The translations under genes and the position numbers were made by a program. Positions 37,681 to 44,638 of a DNA stretch of 64,000 nucleotides are shown piece after piece. The DNA is from an uncultured Chloroflexia bacterium (lineage in GTDB: Bacteria; Chloroflexota; Limnocylindria; Limnocylindrales; CSP1-4): NCBI GenBank assembly GCA_963709605.1, contig CAVPWX010000015.1, positions 72,684 to 136,683 on the forward strand, read 5' to 3'. Every line of letters starts with the position of its first letter. Within the stretch, counting starts at the first letter, position 1. The notes under the pieces are model-generated. The model was not told the origin of the DNA and ran no database searches. It saw only the letters and a program-made list of their open reading frames with translations.

Positions 37681-37711
37681 GCACGGCGGGCCGGCGCACG
37701 CACCGGCCGTG
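37681..37711 (+). terminator. Hairpin immediately after the sodX stop
   Basis: GCACGG(cggg)CCGG cgcacgca CCGGCCGTGC, followed by TCGTGT. It starts 2 nt after the stop codon. Confidence 0.4.
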
Positions 37712-38047
37712 CTCGTGTCCCACAGGTCCGCGGAATCACGGGGCCAGCTTCCCTCGCCAACGTCACGCCCCACAGCACTATCCGGGAAACGCCAGCCCTG
37801 GGCGACTCCCTCGTCTCTGTTGGGGTCGGCAGCGGGCGGTCGTTCCCGCCAATGCCCCATGGGCGGATCATTGACGAGGATTCGCGCCCTTTCCCGGCTG
37901 CGGGATGGCCGCAGGCGTAGGGCGTATCTGGATAGCGTTGCCAGGGCGACCAACAGCGAGGAAAGCCCGGGTCGCGAGGCGGCAAACACGACGCACAAAG
38001 GGTTCCGGCGCCGGCCCCGAGTCAACGCGCCGCCCGGGCGTGCCCCC

Positions 38048-38938
38048 CTACCCTGCCGCCAGCGGGAGCCCGGCGGCGCGGACGTCCTCGGCGAAGCGGG
38101 CCAGGCCGTCGTCCGACGTGTCCCAGCGCGAGGGGAACGCGACGAGCCGGTCGAGCCCCACGGCCGCGAACTCGCCCAGCTGGTCGACCCGCTCCTGGCC
38201 GACGGGCCGGACGTCGGCGTCGCGGCAGTAGAGAGAGATGCGGAGCGTCGCCGGGTCCCGGCCCTCCTCCTCGCACCGCTGGCGCGCGACGGCCATGTGC
38301 TCGGCCACCGCCGCGGGCCCCAGGAAGACGAGGTTGAGCTCCTCGGCGAAGCGGGCGGCCAGGCGGAACGTCACGTTCCGCCCGTTGCCGCCGACGATGA
38401 TCGGGATGCGCGGCTGCTGGACTCCCTTCGGGACGTTGATCGCCCCGGCGACACGAGCGTAGCGGCCCTCGTAGCTCGCCCGGCCGGGCTCGAGCATCCG
38501 CCGGATGATCTCGAGGTGATCGGAGAGGGCGGCCAGGCGCTCCCGCAGTGACGGGAAGCCGTAGCCGTACGCCACCCACTCGTCCTCCTTCCAGCCGGCC
38601 CCGATGCCGAGCTCGAAGCGCCCGCCGGAGATGACGTCGAGGGTCGATGCCATCTTCGCGGTGAGGGCGGGGTTCCGGAACCCGGTGCAGATGACCATGT
38701 GGCCGAGGCGCAGCCGCGAGGTGGCCGAGGCCAGGGCGCCGAGCATGGTGAACGACTCGAACGTGATCTCGTCCTGCGGGTCGGGAACGGTCGTGAAGTG
38801 GTCGAAGACCCAGGCCGACTCGAAGCCGAGGGCATCGGCCTGCCGGGCAAGCGCTACCGCGTTCGCCCAGGCGTCGAGGGCGTTCCACCCGTCGTACTCG
38901 CCCTTCCATCCCTGGGGGACCATCACCCCGACGTCCAT
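38048..38938 (-). CDS. LLM-class F420-dependent oxidoreductase (Rv1855c-like subgroup)
   Basis: The start at MDVGVMVPQGW is chosen within the longer track ORF. Reads GFESAWVFDHF...GHMVICTGFRNPALTAKMASTLDVISGGRFELGIGAGW. Confidence 0.85.
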   Translation of the reverse strand: MDVGVMVPQGWKGEYDGWNALDAWANAVALARQADALGFESAWVFDHFTTVPDPQDEITFESFTMLGALASATSRLRLGHMVICTGFRNPALTAKMASTLDVISGGRFELGIGAGWKEDEWVAYGYGFPSLRERLAALSDHLEIIRRMLEPGRASYEGRYARVAGAINVPKGVQQPRIPIIVGGNGRNVTFRLAARFAEELNLVFLGPAAVAEHMAVARQRCEEEGRDPATLRISLYCRDADVRPVGQERVDQLGEFAAVGLDRLVAFPSRWDTSDDGLARFAEDVRAAGLPLAAG

Positions 38939-39083
38939 GCGTGATCGCCTCTCTCGTGGTGGGCCGGCGGCAGTGCCGACGGAATCCGGGCGGGCGCGCA
39001 GGTCGGGCGCCGGCCGGCCGGCGACGGCGCGCCGAGCGCGCAGGCCACCGGGCTTCTCGAGCATCGAGCCTATCATCGGCGTC

Positions 39084-40370
39084 ATGGAGACGCCCCCGCC
39101 GTTCGACCCCTCCGTCACCTCCCATCCGGACCCCGAGGCGGTCCTGTCCGGCCCGCCCGAGCCGTGGGACTCCCTGCCGATGCCCCTCGCCCGCGGGGGC
39201 CCGCCGTGGTGGATGACCGAGATGATCGCCGCGGAGCCGGCGCTCTCCGGCCGGGTCCTCCACCGCCTCGGCGTCGTCCGCCGCGCCTCGGGCACACCGG
39301 GGGTTCCGGCGCGCCTCGAAGTCCCGGGGCGGGACACGCCCGCCGGCCGGCTGGCCGCCGCGATCCGGGCCACCCTGGAGCGGGGCGAGCCGGTCGTCGT
39401 CGTCGGCTGCGGGACGAGCGAGCACGGGGCCCAAGCGTTCGCCGCCATCGTCGCCGACGCGGCGGCGCGGGGCGGGATCCGTGGCGCGGGGCAGCCGGGG
39501 AGCGTGCTCGCGGCCCAGGCGCTCGAGGCGTCGCTCGCGCCCCAGCGGGGCGGGCTGATCGTCGGGATCAGCCACGAGGGCGCGACGAGCGCCACCCTCG
39601 CCGCGCTGGACGCCGCCGCCGCGGCCGGGGCGCGCACGGCGGCCGTGACGGTGAGCGCGGCGTCGCCGATCGGGCGGGCCGGCCTCGTGCTGGCGACCGG
39701 CGAGATCGACCGCAGCTGGTGCCACACGGTCGGCTACCTCTCCCCGATCCTCGCGGCGGTCGCCGTCGGGGCGGCGCTCACCGGCGAGCCCGGGGACGCG
39801 GACCCGGGCGCCGTGCGCCGCTTGCTGGACGCCGGCCTGGGCCGCGCCTCCCACGCGGAGGCGATTGCCGGGGCGCTGGCCGGCTCGCGCACGATCGTCG
39901 TCGTCGCGTCCGGCACCGACCGGCCGGCGGGGCGGGAGCTCGCCCTCAAGATCGAGGAGGCGACGTGGCTCCCGACCGCTGTCCGCGACCTCGAGACGCT
40001 CCTCCACGGCCACCTGCCGGCGATGGACGAGCAGACCGGCCTCGTGCTGCTCCTGGCCGACCGCGACGGCCGCGCGATCCGCTCCGGCCGGGCCCAGCAG
40101 GCGATGGCGGCCGCGAGCCGCGTTGGCGTCCGGGCCGGCGGGATCCTCGCCGAGGGGCTCGACGCGGAGTGGCCGGCCTTCCTGCTCCCGGCCGGCCGGA
40201 TCCTGGTCCCGGAGGCCCCCCTGCTCCCGGCGCCGGTCGCCGCGCTCTTGGGCACCACGACGCCGCTCCAGCTCCTCGCGGAGCGCCTGGCCCGTGCCCG
40301 CGGCACCGACCCGGACGCGATCCGGCGCGACCAGCTCGCCTACCGCGAGGCGGGCACGCTGGCCGAGTAG
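39084..40370 (+). CDS. SIS-domain sugar-phosphate isomerase/aminotransferase-like protein (GlmS isomerase-domain-like, no glutaminase domain)
   Basis: Two SIS-like halves: VVVVGCGTSEHGAQAF...ISHEGATSATL...AAVT, and VVVASGTDRPAGRELALKIEE. Confidence 0.75.
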   Translation: METPPPFDPSVTSHPDPEAVLSGPPEPWDSLPMPLARGGPPWWMTEMIAAEPALSGRVLHRLGVVRRASGTPGVPARLEVPGRDTPAGRLAAAIRATLERGEPVVVVGCGTSEHGAQAFAAIVADAAARGGIRGAGQPGSVLAAQALEASLAPQRGGLIVGISHEGATSATLAALDAAAAAGARTAAVTVSAASPIGRAGLVLATGEIDRSWCHTVGYLSPILAAVAVGAALTGEPGDADPGAVRRLLDAGLGRASHAEAIAGALAGSRTIVVVASGTDRPAGRELALKIEEATWLPTAVRDLETLLHGHLPAMDEQTGLVLLLADRDGRAIRSGRAQQAMAAASRVGVRAGGILAEGLDAEWPAFLLPAGRILVPEAPLLPAPVAALLGTTTPLQLLAERLARARGTDPDAIRRDQLAYREAGTLAE

Positions 40371-40457
40371 CCTGCCCCCCCGGGGTGATGCGGGGCGTTC
40401 CACGGCGGGGCATCCGGGGCGACCGCCGTTCTCCCCGGCGATGCCCGTTGCGGGCAT

Positions 40458-40521
40458 GTTCACGGCGCTTGACGTTCACGGCGCTTGACGTACACGGCGC
40501 CCGACGTACACGGCGCTCGAT
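40458..40521. repeat. 16-nt tandem repeat x4 (GTWCACGGCGCYYGAY)
   Basis: gttcacggcgcttgac / gttcacggcgcttgac / gtacacggcgcccgac / gtacacggcgctcgat. The palindrome ATGCCCG-TTG-CGGGCAT (40441-40457) lies just before it. The repeat sits between convergent genes. Confidence 0.85.
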
Positions 40522-40624
40522 ATGTCCGCAAGGGGCATCGCGCCGGCGGGAGGTGCTCAGCCGGTATGCCGCGACGAACGCCCCCGGGCATCAGGTGGCC
40601 GACGCGGAGGCCGAGGCTCTCCGC

Positions 40625-40672
40625 GGTCGCCTCCTCGGTCGCCTCCTCGGTCGCCTCGGCGGTCGCCACCGC
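40625..40672. repeat. 12-nt tandem repeat x4 (GGTCGCCTCCTC and variants)
   Basis: ggtcgcctcctc / ggtcgcctcctc / ggtcgcctcggc / ggtcgccaccgc, located 37 nt beyond the LLM gene stop. Confidence 0.8.
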
Positions 40673-40708
40673 CGGCGTCGACGCCGGGCGGCCAACCTGT
40701 CCCTGCGC

Positions 40709-41656
40709 TCACCCCCGCACGAGCGCCTCGCCCAGCAGGTCGATCATCTCGAGGTCCCACGGCAGGAAGTCCTGGAGCACCAGGCGCTGGGCACCGGCCG
40801 CCTCGAACCGCCGTGCCGTCTCGCGGGCCTCGCCCGGCGTGCCGAGGATCCAGCGCGGGCGCCGCGCCTCGAACCACCCGGCGCCGGCATCCGCAAGCCC
40901 GAACTGCTCGAGGGCCGCCGCGGACCGCCGCTCAACCTCGGCCGCGTCGCGTCCCACCAGCGTGCCGACCATCGCGGAGTGGACGATCGTGGCCGGGTCG
41001 CGGCCCGCGGCGCGGGCGATCTCGTCGAGCCGCTCGAAGCGCTCCGCGACCCGCTCCGGCGCCGAGCTCGTGACGTTGAACTCGTCGGCGAAGCGCACGG
41101 CGATCCGCATCGAGCGCGGGCTCCCCTCGCCGCCGACGATGATCGGCGGGGCCGGCCGCTGGACCGGCCGGGGACGGAAGAGAGACCCGGGCACCGTGTA
41201 GTGGCGGCCCTCGAAGGACCACCCGTCGGGCTCCTGCCAGAGGCCGCGGAGGATCGCCAGCTGCTCCTCGAGCATCTCCGCCCGGACCTCGATCGGCGGG
41301 AAGGCGAGGCCGTGGTGGGCGTGCTCAGCGTCGTTCCAGCCGGCCCCCACTCCCACCTCGACGCGGCCGCCGGACATCTCGTCGACCGTGGCCACGATCT
41401 TGGCCAGGGCGCCCGGATGACGGAACGTCACCGGCGAGACGAGGACGCCGAGGCGGATGCGGTCGGTCTCGCGGGCCAGGCCGGCGACGACCGTCCAGGC
41501 GTCGGTGGTCGGGCGCCCGCCTTCGCCGGGGAAGCTGTCGTAGTGGTCCGAGCGGAGGAGAGTCTCGAACCCGGCGGCCTCGGCCCGGCGGGCGATCGCC
41601 AGCTGGTCGGCGTAGGAGCAGCCCTGCTGGGGCTCGATCATGAGCGCGTACCGCAT
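40709..41656 (-). CDS. LLM-class F420-dependent oxidoreductase (Rv1855c-like subgroup), paralog of 38048..38938
   Basis: The start at MRYALMIEPQQG has a GGAGG RBS. Reads GFETLLRSDHY...GVLVSPVTFRHPGALAKIVATVDEMSGGRVEVGVGAGW. Confidence 0.87.
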   Translation of the reverse strand: MRYALMIEPQQGCSYADQLAIARRAEAAGFETLLRSDHYDSFPGEGGRPTTDAWTVVAGLARETDRIRLGVLVSPVTFRHPGALAKIVATVDEMSGGRVEVGVGAGWNDAEHAHHGLAFPPIEVRAEMLEEQLAILRGLWQEPDGWSFEGRHYTVPGSLFRPRPVQRPAPPIIVGGEGSPRSMRIAVRFADEFNVTSSAPERVAERFERLDEIARAAGRDPATIVHSAMVGTLVGRDAAEVERRSAAALEQFGLADAGAGWFEARRPRWILGTPGEARETARRFEAAGAQRLVLQDFLPWDLEMIDLLGEALVRG

Positions 41657-41670
41657 CTCGTGCCTCCGCT

Positions 41671-41766
41671 GGGGCGGGCGTCGGCCCGCAGGTCGGGGCG
41701 GGCGACGGCCCGCAGGTCGGGGCGGGCGACGGCCCGCAGGTCGGGGCGGGCGACGGCCCGCAGCTG
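41671..41766. repeat. 24-nt tandem repeat x4 (GGGGCGGGCGACGGCCCGCAGGTC) in a divergent promoter region
   Basis: Four head-to-tail copies with 1-3 substitutions. They lie between the LLM start (41656) and the marR promoter. Confidence 0.88.
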
Positions 41767-41795
41767 GGGCGACCGGCAGGCCGTCGGTCGTCGCG

Positions 41796-41824
41796 TTGAC
41801 GAATTGATTGGGCCCGTCTACATT
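41796..41824 (+). promoter_or_regulatory. Sigma-70-like promoter for a probably leaderless marR transcript
   Basis: TTGACG (41796-41801), a 17-nt spacer, then TACATT (41819-41824). The GTG start at 41831 lies 6 nt downstream. No RBS is present. Confidence 0.45.
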
Positions 41825-41830
41825 GTTCAG

Positions 41831-42361
41831 GTGACCACAAATGATACCGCCACCGCCACCCGGACCGCGCTCCTCCGCGAGATCGCGGACGGCGTGGCCA
41901 CGCTCGCCGGGCGGCATCGCTGCGCGGTGGCGCGGCGCGTCCACCACAGCGGCATCAGCCTGGGCCACCTCCAGATCCTCTGGATTCTGCAGGAGCATGG
42001 ACCGCTGCCGGTGAGCCGGCTGGCCGACTGGCTCGGGATCGGCGTCCCGAACGCCACCGGCCTCCTCGATCGCATGGAGCAGCGGGGCCTCGTGGAGCGG
42101 GTCCGCGACGGCGACGACAGGCGGGTCGTGCACGCGCAGATGACCGATCTTGGCCGGGCCACGGTCGCCGATCTCGACGGCTGGCGTGCCGAGCTTGTCG
42201 AGCAGGTCGTGGAACCCCTCGCGACCGACCAGCTCGAGGCCCTCGCGGGCCGCCTCCAGCAGCTCAACAGCGAGGCCGAGCCCACCTCCGCGCATCGCTC
42301 GCCCGCCCATCTCGCCTCCAGCCAGGTCGCTGCGCCCGAACGGGAAGCTCCCACCCGATGA
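41831..42361 (+). CDS. MarR-family transcriptional regulator
   Basis: Reads LGHLQILWILQEHGPLPVSRLADWLGIGVPNATGLLDRMEQRGLVERVRDGDDRRVV (winged HTH). ATGA overlap with the MFS gene. Confidence 0.85.
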   Translation: MTTNDTATATRTALLREIADGVATLAGRHRCAVARRVHHSGISLGHLQILWILQEHGPLPVSRLADWLGIGVPNATGLLDRMEQRGLVERVRDGDDRRVVHAQMTDLGRATVADLDGWRAELVEQVVEPLATDQLEALAGRLQQLNSEAEPTSAHRSPAHLASSQVAAPEREAPTR

Positions 42362-44097
42362 TCGAAGGCAGCCCGACCACCGAGCTCCCGCCCGCCGGCG
42401 CCACACCTCAGCCGGCCATCGAGCTCAGCCGCCGGGCACGCTTCGAGGTGCTGGGGGCGATCCTGCTGGCCCTCCTCCTGGGAGCCCTGGACCAGACGAT
42501 CGTGGGGACTGCGCTGCCGCAGATCGTCACCGACCTGCAGGGCAACGATCTCTACACCTGGGCCGTCACGATCTACCTGCTGACCTCGACGATCAGCGTT
42601 CCCTTCTACGGCAAGCTCTCCGACTACTACGGGCGGAAGCCGCTCCTCCTCTTCGGGATCACCGTCTTCCTCATCGGCTCGGTCCTTTCCGGCCTCTCCC
42701 AGTCGATGGAGCAGCTGATCCTCTTTCGGGGCATCCAGGGGATCGGCGCCGGCTCGCTCTTCCCGATCTCCCTGGCGGTGATCGGCGACCTCTTCACCCC
42801 CGCCGAGCGGGGCAAGTACCAGGGGCTCTTCGGCGCGGTGTTCGGCATTTCGGCGCTCGTTGGCCCGGCCCTCGGCGGCTTCATCACCGACACGTTCGGG
42901 TGGCACTGGATCTTCTACATCAACCTCCCGCTCGGCCTGGTCTCGCTGGTTGTCGTGGCCAGGGTCCTCCCCTCGATCCGGCGCCCCCACGGGGCCCTCA
43001 ACCTCGACTGGCTCGGCGGCGCGGTCTTCATCGGGGGCATGATCCCGCTCCTGGTCGGCCTGACCAACGCCCAGTCGGCCGAGTGGACGGACCCGCAGGT
43101 GGGCGGGTTGATCGTCGTCGGCCTCGCGCTCCTCGCGGTCTTCCTCGTCATCGAGAGCCGGGTGCGGGAGCCTATCGTGCCCCTCGACCTGTGGCGGGAC
43201 CGGACGTACGCCGGCTCCCTCATCGCCTCCTTCTTCGTCTCGACGGGCTTCTTCGCCGCGATCGTCTTCCTGCCGCGCTACTACCAGGTCGTGCTCGGCG
43301 AGAGCGCCACGGCCAGCGGCTATGCCCTCATGCCGCTCCTCATCGGCGTCATCGGGTCGAGCATCGCGAGCGGCCAGATCGTCGCCCGGACGGGCAAGTA
43401 CAAGGTCCTCCTGCTCGGCGCGGTGACGTTCCTGGGGATCGGCTCCTACCTCTTCACCAACCTGACGGCGACCACGGCGACGCCGACGATCTGGTTCTGG
43501 CAGGTCGTCCTCGGCATCGGGATCGGGCCGACCCTGGCCGTCTTCACGATCGTGATCCAGAACGCGGTCTCGTTCGCGAGGCTGGGCGTCGCGACGTCGA
43601 ACCTGACGTTCTTCCGGCAGATCGGCGGCACGGTCGGGCTCTCCGTCGCGGGCTCGTTCTTCGGAACGCGGCTGGCGGCGCTCGTCCCGGAGCGGCTCGT
43701 CGCGAACGGCGTCCCGCAGCAGCTCGTGGACCAGTTCCAGGGCCCGGACGGCGCCGGCTCGGACCTCAACAACCTCGTCGGCGTCGGCACCGACCTCGGG
43801 GCGACGATCATGGCGGGCGTCCCCGAGCAGCTCCGGCCGATCGTCGAGCCCTATGTGCCGGCCATCGTCACCTCGATCTACGAGGCGATCTCGCTGGCCA
43901 TCTCGTCGGTCTTCTGGCTCGGCGTGGGAGCGGCGGTCATCGGGTTCGTGGCGGTCCTCGCGATCCGCGAGCTCCCCCTGCGCACCACGTTCGGGCCCGT
44001 GCCCGCGGCGCCGGCCCCTGCGGGTGCGGCCGGCGCCGCGGTCGCGACGGCCGGCGCCGCGGTCGCCGCGGGCGGCACCGCCGAGGCGTCGTCGTGA
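42358..44097 (+). CDS. MFS transporter, DHA2 (EmrB/QacA-like, 14-TMS) drug:H+ antiporter family
   Basis: 579 aa. Reads LDQTIVGTALPQIVTDL...GKLSDYYGRKPLL... with about 14 hydrophobic segments. Confidence 0.88.
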   Translation: MIEGSPTTELPPAGATPQPAIELSRRARFEVLGAILLALLLGALDQTIVGTALPQIVTDLQGNDLYTWAVTIYLLTSTISVPFYGKLSDYYGRKPLLLFGITVFLIGSVLSGLSQSMEQLILFRGIQGIGAGSLFPISLAVIGDLFTPAERGKYQGLFGAVFGISALVGPALGGFITDTFGWHWIFYINLPLGLVSLVVVARVLPSIRRPHGALNLDWLGGAVFIGGMIPLLVGLTNAQSAEWTDPQVGGLIVVGLALLAVFLVIESRVREPIVPLDLWRDRTYAGSLIASFFVSTGFFAAIVFLPRYYQVVLGESATASGYALMPLLIGVIGSSIASGQIVARTGKYKVLLLGAVTFLGIGSYLFTNLTATTATPTIWFWQVVLGIGIGPTLAVFTIVIQNAVSFARLGVATSNLTFFRQIGGTVGLSVAGSFFGTRLAALVPERLVANGVPQQLVDQFQGPDGAGSDLNNLVGVGTDLGATIMAGVPEQLRPIVEPYVPAIVTSIYEAISLAISSVFWLGVGAAVIGFVAVLAIRELPLRTTFGPVPAAPAPAGAAGAAVATAGAAVAAGGTAEASS

Positions 44098-44603
44098 CCC
44101 GCGCTGCGGCGACCCCGCCCCACCTCGCCGCGCCGGGCACCGCAGCGGCGCCCTTCGAGCCGGTCCTCGCCGCCGCCGAGCTGCCGCCGGGGGCGATCGC
44201 CCGGGTGACCCGGGGCGACCTCGACGTCCTCCTGGCCCACGTGCCCGACGGCATTCTCGCCACCGACGACCGCTGCCCCCACATGGCGGCGCCCCTCTCC
44301 CTCGGCCGGCTCGATGGCTGCGTCGTCGACTGCCCGCTCCACAACGGGCGGTTCGACCTGGCCACCGGCGAGGTCGTCCAGATGCCGACCACCGGCGGGC
44401 TCGACCCCGACGGCCGCGTCCACCCGACGTGGTCGCCGCCCGGCTCCGCGCCGAAGCCCGAGCCGCCCGGCAGGAAGGCCGAGGCACGACGCCTGACCCG
44501 CGTCCGGCGCCTCCGCTACTACCCCGTCCGGATCATCGACGGCATCATCGAGGTCGCGTTCCCGGAGCCTCCCGGGCGAACCGGGAAGCCCGGCGGCGAT
44601 TGA
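44094..44603 (+). CDS. Rieske [2Fe-2S] domain protein (small ferredoxin/NirD-like) with a Pro-rich C-terminal extension
   Basis: GTGA overlap with the MFS stop. Rieske ligands are CPHMAAPL and CPLHNGRF. Confidence 0.75.
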   Translation: MTRAAATPPHLAAPGTAAAPFEPVLAAAELPPGAIARVTRGDLDVLLAHVPDGILATDDRCPHMAAPLSLGRLDGCVVDCPLHNGRFDLATGEVVQMPTTGGLDPDGRVHPTWSPPGSAPKPEPPGRKAEARRLTRVRRLRYYPVRIIDGIIEVAFPEPPGRTGKPGGD

Positions 44604-44638
44604 CAGCGTCCCCGAACCCCGGTACCTTCCCTCCCCTG

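Noticed and set aside
37700-37790. A minus-strand AGGGAAGCUGG...GUGAUUCCGCGG segment resembling the start of a cobalamin riboswitch.
   Set aside because: The B12 box / GCCACUG core is absent. In addition, the element would have no downstream gene on that strand, because it faces the 3' end of sodX.
37958-37971. GAGGAAAGCCCGGG, which resembles the RNase P RNA P4 motif GAGGAAAGUCCGGG.
   Set aside because: An RNase P RNA would need about 300 more nt downstream, which is occupied by a well-supported LLM coding sequence. No other conserved RNase P blocks (GGUAAGGGUGAAA, ACAGAACCCGGCUUA) were seen on either strand.
38939-39727. An N-terminal extension of the LLM gene at 38048 (track ORF reaching 39727).
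   Set aside because: The extension is Arg/Pro/Ser-rich and antisense to the SIS-domain gene. The family-typical start MDVGVMVPQGW lies at 38938.
40460-40669. A 69-aa minus-strand ORF (MATAEATEEATEEAT...) downstream of the LLM oxidoreductase, considered as a possible RiPP precursor.
   Set aside because: Its periodic N-terminus is simply the 12-nt DNA repeat read in frame. The rest crosses the 16-nt repeat, which is not a multiple of 3. There is no RBS and no maturation genes are nearby.
40458-41766. The tandem repeats at 40458, 40625 and 41671 (and those at 59604 and 60786) as CRISPR arrays.
   Set aside because: The units are directly adjacent with no unique spacers. They are only 12-36 nt long in 4 or fewer copies, and no cas genes are present in the window.
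41657-42406. An N-terminal extension of the LLM gene (track ORF 40709..42406) containing GRRPPRPA x4.
   Set aside because: The extension is antisense to the marR gene and consists of the 24-nt repeat. The Met at 41656 gives the canonical LLM N-terminus (MRYALMIEPQQG) and has a GGAGG RBS.
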